From NCBI GenBank assembly GCA_963814845.1, contig CAWFEP010000014.1:84993-148992 (forward strand): a DNA stretch of 64,000 nt, read 5' to 3'. The DNA comes from an uncultured Actinomycetota bacterium (GTDB lineage: Bacteria; Actinomycetota; Actinomycetes; JAFAQI01). Positions 1 through 8,014 of this stretch are shown here, piece after piece. The number at the start of each line of letters is the position of its first letter. The first letter of the stretch is position 1. Position numbers and translations under genes: made by a program. The notes under the pieces are model-generated. The model was not told the DNA's origin. It saw only the letters and a list, made by a program, of their open reading frames with translations, and made no database searches.

Positions 1-200
1 CCGAATGGCTTCCCCGGATTCCACGTACCCGACAGCCGCTGCGACGCTGACTCACGAACCCGGTAGCGCTCACCTGGGCGCTTCAGGAGCTGCGTCACCA
101 CCCCCGCCGGCGTGCGCTGTTGACCCCGGCGAAATCCCCATGCAATCGAGCCAACCCAGGCGATCAACACGACCACGATCACAACGAGCACCGGGCTCAT
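1..200 (-). CDS. Partial CDS (N-terminal ~66 codons, continues past the left edge): membrane-anchored hypothetical protein
   Basis: Reverse-strand ATG at 198-200 preceded by GAAGGAG (complement of 207-213). Translation MSPVLVVIVVVLIAWVGSIAWGFRRGQQRTPAG... gives one hydrophobic helix followed by basic residues. The frame stays open to position 1. It is absent from the ORF track because no stop lies in the window. Confidence 0.4.
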   Translation of the reverse strand, partial: MSPVLVVIVVVLIAWVGSIAWGFRRGQQRTPAGVVTQLLKRPGERYRVRESASQRLSGTWNPGKPF

Positions 201-397
201 CGCAGGCTCCTTCGAGCGATCAGCGCTGCACGTTCACCCGTTTCCCGGTCGGTACGCCTACGGCACCGCCATGCGGCTAACTGCAGTCCGGGATCGGTCA
301 CGTAGTTCATCTCGACACCCGACGCCCATCACCTGAAGTGCGCGGCGGAAGCCATGACGCCCCCAAAGCGGCCTGCACGCTGCTCATGGTGGCGTGC

Positions 398-432
398 CGC
401 GTCGGGACTGTCTCGTCAACGGTGTTTCCGGC
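398..432. repeat. IS256 terminal inverted repeat (transposase-distal end)
   Basis: CGCGTCGGGACTGTCTCGTCAACGGTGTTTCCGGC pairs with the reverse complement of 1762-1796. Confidence 0.8.
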
Positions 433-440
433 GGTTTTCA

Positions 441-1742
441 TTAGTAGGTTTCAGCGGCCGGGAATCGGTCACTGAAGGTGATGGCGAACGCGTTGAGAGC
501 TGGCTTCCATCGCATCGTCCATCGGGTCCTGCCGGTTCCGGTCGGGTCCAGGGACCGGGTCACGAGGTAGAGGCACTTTAACGCTGCCTGCTCGTTGGGG
601 AAATGCCCGCGAGCTCTGACTGCGCGGCGGTAGCGGGCGTTGAGGGATTCGATCGCGTTGGTGGAGCAGATCACCCTGCGGATCTCGATGTCGTAGTCCA
701 GGAACGGGATGAACTCCTCCCAGGCGTTGGCCCAGAGTCTGATGATCGCCGGGTAGCGGGCACCCCATTTCTCGGTGAGCTCGTCGAACGCGACGCGGGC
801 CACCGCAGCGTTGACGGCGGTGTAGATCGGTTTGATGTCACGGGCGAGCTCGTCCCAGTATTTGCGGGAGGACAACCGGAACGTGTTGCGGATCAGATGG
901 ATGATGCAGGTCTGCACGATGGCGGCCGGCCACACGTTCCCGACCACCTCGGGGAGGCCTTTGAGGCCGTCGCAGACCACGAAGAACGTGTCCTTCACGC
1001 CGCGGTTACGGATGTCGGTGAGCACACTCATCCAGAACTTCGCGCCCTCACCGCCACTGCCAGCCCAGAGCCCGAGGATGTCCTTGTCGCCGTCGAGGCT
1101 GACCCCGATCGCGGCGTAGAACGGCCGGTTGCCGACCTGACCATCACGGACCTTGACCATGATCGCGTCGATGAAGATCGCCGCGTAGATCTCATCGAGA
1201 GGCCGGGTCTGCCAGTCGTTCATCTCCTCGATGACTTTGTCGGTGATCCGGCTGATCGTCTCCTTGGAAACCGACGCCCCGTAGATCTCCGCGAAATGCG
1301 CCGAGATCTCCCCGGTCGTCAGTCCCTTGGCATAAAGCGACAGCACGATCTCATCGACCCCGCTCAGCCGGCGTTGGCGTTTGCGGACGATCTGCGGGGT
1401 GAACGTGCCGGCCCGGTCCCGAGGCACCTCGATCTCGACGTGACCGGTGCTCTCCGTCAACACCGTCTTCGACCTGGTGCCGTTCCGGATGTTGCCGGTC
1501 TCACCACTCGGCGGACCGTGTTTCTCATGCCCGAGGTGCTCGGTCATCTCCTCGTTCAACGCGGTCTCGAGGACGGTCTTCGTCAGCTGCTTGAGCAGCC
1601 CATCTGGACCGGTCAACGACAGACCCTGCTCTCGCGCCCGGCGGACCATCTCCACAGCCGCATCCCGCTCAGCCGAATCGGTGGCTGGCTTCTTCTTCGT
1701 CACATCGTTCAGTGTCTCGGTCATAGCGCACCTTCCCGCCAA
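441..1742 (-). CDS. IS256 family (mutator-type) transposase
   Basis: 433-aa ORF containing LTGPDGLLKQLTKTVLETALNEEMTEHLGHEKH...NGTRSKTV, ...FYAAIGV..DG.KDILG and ...IESLNARYRR, which is classic IS256/Transposase_mut sequence. The probable real start is MTETLNDV at 1724. Confidence 0.95.
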   Translation of the reverse strand: MAGRCAMTETLNDVTKKKPATDSAERDAAVEMVRRAREQGLSLTGPDGLLKQLTKTVLETALNEEMTEHLGHEKHGPPSGETGNIRNGTRSKTVLTESTGHVEIEVPRDRAGTFTPQIVRKRQRRLSGVDEIVLSLYAKGLTTGEISAHFAEIYGASVSKETISRITDKVIEEMNDWQTRPLDEIYAAIFIDAIMVKVRDGQVGNRPFYAAIGVSLDGDKDILGLWAGSGGEGAKFWMSVLTDIRNRGVKDTFFVVCDGLKGLPEVVGNVWPAAIVQTCIIHLIRNTFRLSSRKYWDELARDIKPIYTAVNAAVARVAFDELTEKWGARYPAIIRLWANAWEEFIPFLDYDIEIRRVICSTNAIESLNARYRRAVRARGHFPNEQAALKCLYLVTRSLDPTGTGRTRWTMRWKPALNAFAITFSDRFPAAETY

Positions 1743-1761
1743 GCAACGCTCAGCGGATCAG

Positions 1762-1796
1762 GCCGGAAACACCGTTAAATCCACAGTCCCGATGCG
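1762..1796. repeat. IS256 terminal inverted repeat (transposase-proximal end)
   Basis: GCCGGAAACACCGTTAAATCCACAGTCCCGATGCG is the reverse complement match of 398-432. Confidence 0.8.
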
Positions 1797-1880
1797 TCGA
1801 ATAACGCCGGGACTGCGCGTCGAGGAACGGCATTCACTTCGCGAACTGCTCCAGGGCGCTGCGACCAGGTCCTGTCGACA

Positions 1881-1960
1881 AAGGCGCGGCGTTGGAGATA
1901 AAGGCGCGGCGTTGGAGATAAAGGCGCGGCGTTGGAGATAAAGGCGCGGCGTTGGAGAAA
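1881..1960. repeat. Tandem repeat, 4 x 20 bp (AAGGCGCGGCGTTGGAGATA)
   Basis: Units lie at 1881-1900, 1901-1920, 1921-1940 and 1941-1960. The first three are identical and the fourth has one change (T>A at 1959). There are no spacers. The unit length is not a multiple of 3. Confidence 0.95.
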
Positions 1961-1987
1961 TCGGGCGCAGCGGAGTATGCCTAAAGG

Positions 1988-2176
1988 ATGCTGAAGCGCC
2001 GGATGGTGTGGAGCGGACTAATGGCGCTTTTGTTTGTTGTGCTGGCCGTCGTACTGCCGATTCCGGCCGGGGCTCGGATTGCGATTGTCGCGGCCGCTGC
2101 GATCGAGTTTGGTCTGATGATGTTCGCTCGCAGAGTCATCCAACGGAAACGCGCTGCGTCCGCGCCTGTCCCATAG
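1988..2176 (+). CDS. Small two-helix membrane protein (hypothetical)
   Basis: 62-aa ORF MLKRRMVWSGLMALLFVVLAVVLPIPAGARIAIVAAAAIEFGLMMFARRV with two hydrophobic segments and basic ends. No recognisable family. Confidence 0.4.
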   Translation: MLKRRMVWSGLMALLFVVLAVVLPIPAGARIAIVAAAAIEFGLMMFARRVIQRKRAASAPVP

Positions 2177-2185
2177 CGGCATCAC

Positions 2186-2485
2186 CTACCGCTCGATCTC
2201 GTCCAGCAGGACATCGATGTCGTCCAGCGCCGCACCAACCATCGGATCGGTTGCGGTTGGCATGGAGTGGTCGCCCGACTCAAGTGCGAGTGCATAAGCG
2301 ACTTCCATCTGCCCCCATGCTGCGAGGAATCGCTGGCGCCAAGGATCCAACGGTTCGGCAAGCTGCCAAACCAGTGCCTCAAGATCGGAGATCACTGCCG
2401 CGATCGGTTGCCCGTCGCGAAGGTCCTGGACCCGCTTCCGTATGAGGGCAAGTTGCCGCTCGTCGCGTTCGCTGACCTCGACCAT
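2186..2485 (-). CDS. Hypothetical acidic helical protein (99 aa)
   Basis: ORF with balanced, non-Arg/Pro-biased composition (MVEVSERDERQLALIRKRVQDLRDGQPIAAVISDLEALVWQLAEPLDPW...). No family recognised. Confidence 0.45.
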   Translation of the reverse strand: MVEVSERDERQLALIRKRVQDLRDGQPIAAVISDLEALVWQLAEPLDPWRQRFLAAWGQMEVAYALALESGDHSMPTATDPMVGAALDDIDVLLDEIER

Positions 2486-2760
2486 GAGCGCACGGTAGCC
2501 GGTTCTGCGCGGTCCGGCGGAGTAGCAAACCCTGGCTTCAGAGCGTCCTCAGCAGGTGTACGAAAGCACGATCGTCGATCTCATGCCGATGTCACAAACT
2601 GTGTGACACTGAGCGTGACCAGGTGGCACTGGACGGCACAACGGGAAATCGCCGTACAAGCCCCTGACCTGCGGTTTCGTCTCTCATCTATGGTTTCGCA
2701 GAGTGGCGGCCGACGAGTTGGCCTGCAAGCGACCCCCAGGTAGGTTCTCGGGGGGTTTAC

Positions 2761-2788
2761 GGGGGGTCTATCAGTCCATAGACCCCCC
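2761..2788. other. Perfect 11-bp stem hairpin (GGGGGGTCTAT-CAGTCC-ATAGACCCCCC)
   Basis: Read directly from the sequence. It lies in the 490-bp lower-GC intergenic region downstream of the 2976-4583 minus-strand ORF. No U-tract on either strand. Confidence 0.5.
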
Positions 2789-2863
2789 AAACAGGCCCAT
2801 GTGTCGACCAAGATCAAACAAGCGTTTGCGCAGGCCAGAGGGCATGTGTGCTCATTTGATCTT

Positions 2864-2911
2864 GATCGGAAAATGCCCTGAACCCGAGTTCAAGTCCCCC
2901 CTCCGACACCA
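2864..2911 (+). repeat. tRNA/tmRNA 3'-end-like segment, copy A (possible fossil att site)
   Basis: GATCGGAAAATGCCCTGAACCCGAGTTCAAGTCCCCCCTCCGACACCA has a GTTCAAGTCC T-loop-like core and ends in ACCA. The T-stem and acceptor do not base-pair, so it is not a functional gene. Similarity to the tmRNA 3' part, as I remember it, seems to start at about 2821 (AGCGTTTGCGCAGG). Confidence 0.5.
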
Positions 2912-2975
2912 ACCCTCAAAGTTGTCAGCGGCCGGCGTCGCCAAAGCGACGTGTGGCGTGCACAACATCGATCGA

Positions 2976-4583
2976 TCAGGTCGGGGCCGGCAGTCCTGAT
3001 GCGTCGATCTCGAGCAGGTAGTGCGGTGGCCTGTTGAAAGTGGTGAGCGTGGCCTTCATTTGTGGGAGTTCCTGGCGAATGGCTGCGGCGTCCATGACCG
3101 GCGTAAGGCGCGCGGCGTCAGCCGGCACGAGCGTGCCAACCGTGTGTTCGCCGACATGGACGATCAGGCGTGAGTTGGCTATCGGTGGGGTGGTGTCCCA
3201 GGACAGCCAGGCATCGAGTAGCACCGTGTTGATCGGGCTGAGCGCCGCCGGACGGCCGAGCACTGGTTCGAGTGCGGCGTGGGCGCGTTGCAGGAACCCT
3301 GAGGCGTCGCGGTCGAGCTCGACGGTCATCCAGTCGTCACGGTGCCGGTCGGTGCCGACCGGATAGGCGGCTTCTTCGGGTGGTTCGAGCCAGGAGGGGC
3401 GCCGGGGTCGCTCGGACAGATCGGGTTCGTCTTCGCTGCGCATGAGCTTGACCAGGTCGACGATTGCCTTGGTCAGGCGCCATCCTTGGTGAGCAACCAG
3501 TGCGATGCCCTGGGCGGTTGCAGTGAACGTCCCGAGTGGTGTTTGGCGGAGTTCGATCGCGTCAATCGCTGCCTCGATCGCCAGCTGCGAGACCGGGAGA
3601 TCTCGACGTTCGTACTCCTCGCACAGCATCGCGCGAAGCTCGTCGTGAGTCTTTCCGGCAGCTTGGTGGCGAACCGAGTCGAACGCCTCGCGTCGCGCCC
3701 GCGACTTTGCCCTCGCGTCGCCGAAAGACGGTCGGGACCTCTCAGACCAGTCAGGTGTCGAGCGCACTGGACCGGTGGGTGGATCTGGCAGGACCGCTCC
3801 CGCATCCATCCAGAGCCTCAGTTGGCGGGCGAAGCGGCGGTACTCGGGCTCGGCGACCTGCCAGTCACCGGTTGCTTGGTACCGCGCGAGGGCTTCACGG
3901 GCCTCGTCGTGCCGGCCGGCGGCTGCAAGCAGCAGCGGAACCTGTTCGATCTCCAGGTCGAAGAAATCCGGGTCGGTGCGTGCGGCGTCAACCATGTCCT
4001 CGACGCTCGCGTGGCCGCGGGCGTGGTCCAGTGCGTGAGTCAGGATTGGCTCGACGAGCTGGCGCGCAACGTCGTCCGCGTCGGACGTCTTCGACATCGT
4101 GACCACGAAGTCGCTCGGCGGGTCGAGGAGCTCGCCAAGTTCCGTGTCGTACTCGCTGTAGGACTCTCTGCCCAGCATCAGCGGCGCCAGACAGTAAGCC
4201 GGCTCGTAGTCGACGCCAACCTCGGCCATGACCTTGACGGGAGGGTCACCGGACTGCCATGGGCCGACCAACTCGAACTCGACAGTCGCGGCGAAGCCGT
4301 CCTCGATTGGATGCCGGAAGCTGGGGAAGTCGTTACCCATCGGGCGCGCTCGCTTCGCAAGATCTACCGACCAGCCTGCAGCTGTCATGCGTGCCGTCAG
4401 CGCCGGCGCGAGCGCGGCAGTCAACGCCGCTACCACCGCCTGATCGGGAAGCTCTGGGCGGTCCACACCCACACCATCCCGCACATCGCCCTTCGTGGAT
4501 CTGACTAATCGGCTCAGACCCACTGCCGACGAGGGGTTAGGAGAACGAAGGTGAGGTCCGTGACGGAGTTGGCGGACACGCAA
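2976..4583 (-). CDS. Hypothetical protein (up to 535 aa; start uncertain)
   Basis: Long ORF with ordinary amino-acid composition over most of its length (e.g. ...VEFELVGPWQSGDPPVKVMAEVGVDYEPAYCLAPLMLGRESYSEYDTELGELLDPPSDFVV...). The first ~40 codons are Arg/Ser-rich and probably not translated. No family recognised. It is flanked by repeat copies A and B. Confidence 0.55.
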   Translation of the reverse strand: MRVRQLRHGPHLRSPNPSSAVGLSRLVRSTKGDVRDGVGVDRPELPDQAVVAALTAALAPALTARMTAAGWSVDLAKRARPMGNDFPSFRHPIEDGFAATVEFELVGPWQSGDPPVKVMAEVGVDYEPAYCLAPLMLGRESYSEYDTELGELLDPPSDFVVTMSKTSDADDVARQLVEPILTHALDHARGHASVEDMVDAARTDPDFFDLEIEQVPLLLAAAGRHDEAREALARYQATGDWQVAEPEYRRFARQLRLWMDAGAVLPDPPTGPVRSTPDWSERSRPSFGDARAKSRARREAFDSVRHQAAGKTHDELRAMLCEEYERRDLPVSQLAIEAAIDAIELRQTPLGTFTATAQGIALVAHQGWRLTKAIVDLVKLMRSEDEPDLSERPRRPSWLEPPEEAAYPVGTDRHRDDWMTVELDRDASGFLQRAHAALEPVLGRPAALSPINTVLLDAWLSWDTTPPIANSRLIVHVGEHTVGTLVPADAARLTPVMDAAAIRQELPQMKATLTTFNRPPHYLLEIDASGLPAPT

Positions 4584-4810
4584 CCAGCTCAGGCTCGGCG
4601 CTCAAATGCCGATGGCGATACGCGTCGGGATCGATCTGTACCGACACCGTGTCGTCGGCGACAAGCGGATCGGCCAGCTGTTCCGGGTCAGGAGCAATCT
4701 CGCGACGTAGCGACACTCGCGTGGCGGCCGCCTCTCAGAATGTCATGACCGCGCAGCGCACCCCGGCTGACTTTGCGCAGGGTGAAGCCTGTTGTCCTTG
4801 GTCAGCGCGT

Positions 4811-4856
4811 GATCCGAAAATGGACTGAGCCCGAGTTCACGTCGCCCTCCGACATC
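4811..4856 (+). repeat. tRNA/tmRNA 3'-end-like segment, copy B (direct repeat of copy A)
   Basis: GATCCGAAAATGGACTGAGCCCGAGTTCACGTCGCCCTCCGACATCG matches copy A at 39 of 48 aligned positions (hand alignment, one gap) in the same orientation. Confidence 0.5.
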
Positions 4857-4943
4857 GTGCAATGTTCGCCAACTGTCTGGTGCGTCCGACTGAGCGATAG
4901 ATTCTGCGCCTGAGCGTCGATCCGCAATGGAGCGTGGAATCAC

Positions 4944-5777
4944 ATGCCCTGGTTTCCGGATTTCACCGCGGCGGTGGAGTCGGCCCGCAGGGACACTCGG
5001 GCCGCGGGTCAAGCCGATCCGGTCACGCAATACTTCAATGCCCTGAACGACGGTGACACTCGAACACTCGAGACAATCTGGCCCGGCGAGGTCGTGGTAT
5101 TTGACCCCCTCGCTGGCGAGGTCCGCGGTCACCGACAGCTGCGGCGGTTCGTCCATCACAACCAGACCTGGTTAGCCGAGTGTCACGCTCGCAGCGAAAC
5201 CATGGCTTCCACGGTGGAGAACGGCCGCGCCGTCGTCGAGCTGTTGGCCCATTTGGTTGCCCACGACGGACAGCAGATCGAGTGGCCGATCGCCGTTGTC
5301 GCCGAGTCACCCAACGACCGATCTGTGGTGTTCCGCACCTACTGCCGACATTGGCCGGTCGACGAACCTCGGTTGGTCAGGCCACCGATCTTGCAGCCAG
5401 CACGGACCGATCTCGGTGGCGTGGTCGGGCGCCTTCACGCGGCGCTAAGCGCCGCCGACGTCGAAGCCGTCGTCGCCGCCTTCGCGCCGGACGGATACTT
5501 CCGCGAACCGATCGGGCCCCACTCGGTTCACCGCGGCGCGACCGAGCTGCGCTCGTTCTTCACCAAGGTTTTCAGCGCTGGTGGCGGGATCGCGCTCGAT
5601 CCGTGCGCCGTCACCGACGACGGCGTGCGCTGCGCGGTCGAGTACAACTGCGTCGGCTGGGGCGACCACGCGCTGCCGCCGCAGGCCGGGCTGGCTGTTT
5701 ATGAACGCAGCCCTGACGGACTGCTCGCCGCGGCCCGTTTCTACGACGAGGTCAAGCCGCCGTACGAAGACGCATGA
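4944..5777 (+). CDS. Tandem SnoaL-like / NTF2-fold protein
   Basis: 277 aa made of two similar halves (…YFNALNDGDTRTLETIWPGEVVVFDP…GEVRGHRQLRRFV… and …LHAALSAADVEAVVAAFAPDGYFREP…VHRGATELRSFF…), typical of SnoaL_2/NTF2-like domains. Confidence 0.7.
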   Translation: MPWFPDFTAAVESARRDTRAAGQADPVTQYFNALNDGDTRTLETIWPGEVVVFDPLAGEVRGHRQLRRFVHHNQTWLAECHARSETMASTVENGRAVVELLAHLVAHDGQQIEWPIAVVAESPNDRSVVFRTYCRHWPVDEPRLVRPPILQPARTDLGGVVGRLHAALSAADVEAVVAAFAPDGYFREPIGPHSVHRGATELRSFFTKVFSAGGGIALDPCAVTDDGVRCAVEYNCVGWGDHALPPQAGLAVYERSPDGLLAAARFYDEVKPPYEDA

Positions 5778-5804
5778 GACATGACGAGCAAAGCCGTGCC
5801 AGGT

Positions 5805-6716
5805 TCACGCAGGCGGCCAGTGTGGCTCAGACGGAGGCGTACGCCAGCCAACCGCCGTGGCGTGGTCGATCAGAGTGCGGGTAGCGCGAGCCACCATCGG
5901 CCGGTCGTCATCGGCGCGTTGAACGAGCGCCCAAGACCACAGCGGCACCGGTGATCGGACCGGTCGGCGGATCAACGTCGGGGGCATCGGCGCCACATGT
6001 CGCTTGGGCGACGCGAGCACCGGTCGACGCAGGCGAACGACGTGGTCGAAGAACGCGGGCCCAGTAATCCCGCCGTCGTCGATATTGATCACCGTCGCCT
6101 GCGTGGCGTTCGCGAAGGCCGAGGCGTAGCGGTTCCACGACAGCCACGACGCTTCGTCGACATCGATGAGCACCGCGACCTCGGCCGCAGGGACGGTCTC
6201 GTGATGAGCAGCGCGATGCGCGCGCGGCATGACCGCCTCGAGTTGCTCGTACCGGAAGAGATGCCCGGTCAAGTGGTGTCGTTCGAGGTCGGCTGCCTCA
6301 ATCCAGGCGATCGCCAAGTCGAGGCTGCCTTCGCCCACTCGTGCCGCTTGGGTGTGCGAGGGCAGCACCCACTCATCAACTCGGACCCGAAGGTCGGGGA
6401 TTGCCGCGACCTCTGGTGGCAGCCAGCTCACATAGCCAAGCCGCAGCGGCAGCTCACCGGCTCCGTTGCGGGCATGATCCAGTGCCCGCGCCGCGGCGTC
6501 CAAGACCTCTCGCGCATCGGTAAGGAACTGGCTGCCGGCTGGTGTCAATTCGACGTGCCGGCGGTCGCGGATGAGGAGCTGAGTCCCGAGCTCGCGTTCG
6601 AGATTGCGGATCTGCTGAGACAGCGACGGTCCGGCGAGGTGAAGCCGCTCTGCCGCCCGACCGAAGTGCAGCTCCTCAGCGACAGCGACGAAGTAGGTCA
6701 ACTGCCGGAGCTCCAC
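5805..6716 (-). CDS. LysR family transcriptional regulator
   Basis: N-terminus MELRQLTYFVAVAEELHFGRAAERLHLAGPSLSQQIRNLERELGTQLLIRDRRHVELTPAG is the canonical LysR HTH. Length is ~300 aa and the gene is divergent from its likely target. Confidence 0.9.
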   Translation of the reverse strand: MELRQLTYFVAVAEELHFGRAAERLHLAGPSLSQQIRNLERELGTQLLIRDRRHVELTPAGSQFLTDAREVLDAAARALDHARNGAGELPLRLGYVSWLPPEVAAIPDLRVRVDEWVLPSHTQAARVGEGSLDLAIAWIEAADLERHHLTGHLFRYEQLEAVMPRAHRAAHHETVPAAEVAVLIDVDEASWLSWNRYASAFANATQATVINIDDGGITGPAFFDHVVRLRRPVLASPKRHVAPMPPTLIRRPVRSPVPLWSWALVQRADDDRPMVARATRTLIDHATAVGWRTPPSEPHWPPA

Positions 6717-6887
6717 CCGGTCGATCGTAGGGCTGACCTGCGGTGATAGGCGGGGGCTACCAGAGGTAGGTCATTGGTCGTGGACCGCCGACGAACGCAA
6801 GCGTTAACTCGCTGGGCAACCGGGCGTTCCGAATTTGGCCGTGCGATTGGACAACGGCGCCTCAACCGATGAGAGCGGGAGAAAACG

Positions 6888-7367
6888 ATGAGTGTCACCG
6901 AAGAGAGCAGCGCGGCGGCCGAGACCGGCGCCCGCGGGGTCCAGATGAACCTTGAGGTTCAAGTCATCCCGGTGTCCGACGCCGACCGAGCGAAGACGTT
7001 CTACGAGCGGCTTGGTTGGCGGCTCGACGATGATGTCGCGCCGATGGAGGCGGTTCGCATTGTGCAGTTCACTCCCCCGGGCTCCGGCACGTCCGTCGCG
7101 TTCGGCAAGGGCATCACGACGGCTGTGCCTGGCGCGGCCGAGGGCACGCTCGTCGTGTCCGATATCGAGACCGCGCACGGCGAGCTCGTCGGGCGAGGCA
7201 TCGAGGTGAGCGATGTGTGGCACGGCCCGCCTTTCCCGATCGAGGCTCGCCAACCCGGTCCCGACCCCGAGCGGAACAGCTACAGCTCGTTCTTCTCCTT
7301 TGCCGACCCCGACGGGAATCTGTGGATCGTCCAAGAGGTCACCACGCGGCTGCCGGGCCGCGTGTGA
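6888..7367 (+). CDS. VOC (glyoxalase/bleomycin-resistance fold) family protein
   Basis: …LEVQVIPVSDADRAKTFYERLGWRLDDD…FADPDGNLWIVQE is typical of VOC proteins. Divergent from the LysR gene. The start may be the internal MNLEVQV. Confidence 0.8.
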   Translation: MSVTEESSAAAETGARGVQMNLEVQVIPVSDADRAKTFYERLGWRLDDDVAPMEAVRIVQFTPPGSGTSVAFGKGITTAVPGAAEGTLVVSDIETAHGELVGRGIEVSDVWHGPPFPIEARQPGPDPERNSYSSFFSFADPDGNLWIVQEVTTRLPGRV

Positions 7368-7369
7368 TC

Positions 7370-8014
7370 TCAGCGATCGCTCAGAGTCAGGATGTCGTCA
7401 CTGCGTTCAAGCACGGCGGGGTCGTGCGACACGACGACAACGACAGCACCGGCGACCGCCTGCTCACGTAAGCGGTCGAGAACGTTGTCTCGGTTGACCG
7501 CATCAAGCTCCGCCGTCGGCTCGTCGAACAGCAGGATCGGCGACTCCATCGCAAACGCGCGGGCGATCGCGACGCGCTGGCGCTGTCCGCCCGAGAGTTG
7601 CGTGACGAGCTGATCCGCGGCCGCGGTGAGGCCGAGGGCCTCAAGCCACTCGGTCCGCCGCTCACGTGTCTCGGCTCTAGCCAGATTGCGGGCCTGCAGT
7701 GGCAGCGCGACGCTCTCGGCGGCGGTGAGCACCGGTAACAGGTTGTATTCCTGGAGCACGACGGCCGGCGCTGGATGGCGACCGATCGGCTCCCACGCCG
7801 GCACGTCATCGATGAGGACGGTGCCGCCGGTGGGCCGGACGAAGCCAGCGATGATGTTGAGCAGCAACGACTTCCCGCTGCGCGTCGGCCCCGCGATGGT
7901 GAGCCACCGGCCACCGAGAGCAACCAGGTCGATCCGGTCGAGGATCGTCACTCCCTCGGCGGTCATCGTGATCTTCTCGCCGCGCAGCTCGCCAATCCGG
8001 TCGGTGTCGATCAC
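7370..8014 (-). CDS. ABC transporter ATP-binding protein (second ATPase of operon)
   Basis: Walker A GPTRSGKS, signature LSGGQRQRVAIARA, Walker B LLFDEPTAELD. The GTG start overlaps the upstream stop (GTGA at 8011-8014). Confidence 0.9.
   Translation of the reverse strand: MIDTDRIGELRGEKITMTAEGVTILDRIDLVALGGRWLTIAGPTRSGKSLLLNIIAGFVRPTGGTVLIDDVPAWEPIGRHPAPAVVLQEYNLLPVLTAAESVALPLQARNLARAETRERRTEWLEALGLTAAADQLVTQLSGGQRQRVAIARAFAMESPILLFDEPTAELDAVNRDNVLDRLREQAVAGAVVVVVSHDPAVLERSDDILTLSDR

Larger units (their letters stand above)
398..1796 (-). mobile_element. Complete IS256-family insertion sequence (~1.4 kb)
   Basis: A single mutator-type transposase ORF is bounded by imperfect terminal inverted repeats at 398-432 and 1762-1796 (29/35 matches by hand alignment). 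The inner 15 bp AACGGTGTTTCCGGC and the outer block TCGGGACTGT match perfectly. Size and architecture are typical of IS256. Confidence 0.85.

Noticed and set aside
603-1778. Long ORFs antisense to recognised genes. Examples: 603-1778(+), 3342-4508(+), 19452-20750(-), 24073-25458(+), 42976-45015(+), 50832-51884(-), 61524-62345(+), 63342-63953(+).
   Set aside because: These are typical high-GC shadow frames. They are Arg/Pro/Gly/Ala-dominated and have no motifs. Each fully overlaps a gene with clear family signatures on the other strand.
390-1804. 8-9-bp target-site duplication flanking the IS256 element
   Set aside because: I compared the 8 bp outside both plausible end pairs and found no match. 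I cannot claim a duplication.
1881-1960. CRISPR array
   Set aside because: The 20-bp units are directly abutting with no spacers, and there are no cas genes in the window.
2659-2911. A complete tmRNA (ssrA) gene. Weak resemblance of CCCCTGACCTGCGGTTTCGTCTC to the tmRNA 5' end and of GCCTGCAAGCGACCCCCAGG to the pseudoknot-1 region, plus the 3'-end-like segment.
   Set aside because: The 5' and 3' ends cannot pair into an acceptor stem and the T-stem does not pair. I find no tag reading frame ending in …ALAA-stop. The span (~250 nt) is too short. At best it is a decayed relic, and only the 3' similarity is reported.
4590-4740. Minus-strand coding-like fragment (…REIAPDPEQLADPLVADDTVSVQIDPDAYRHRH…) between the 535-aa ORF and repeat copy B
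   Set aside because: There is no start codon or RBS and no recognisable family. It could be an upstream extension or gene remnant, but it is not supportable as a feature.
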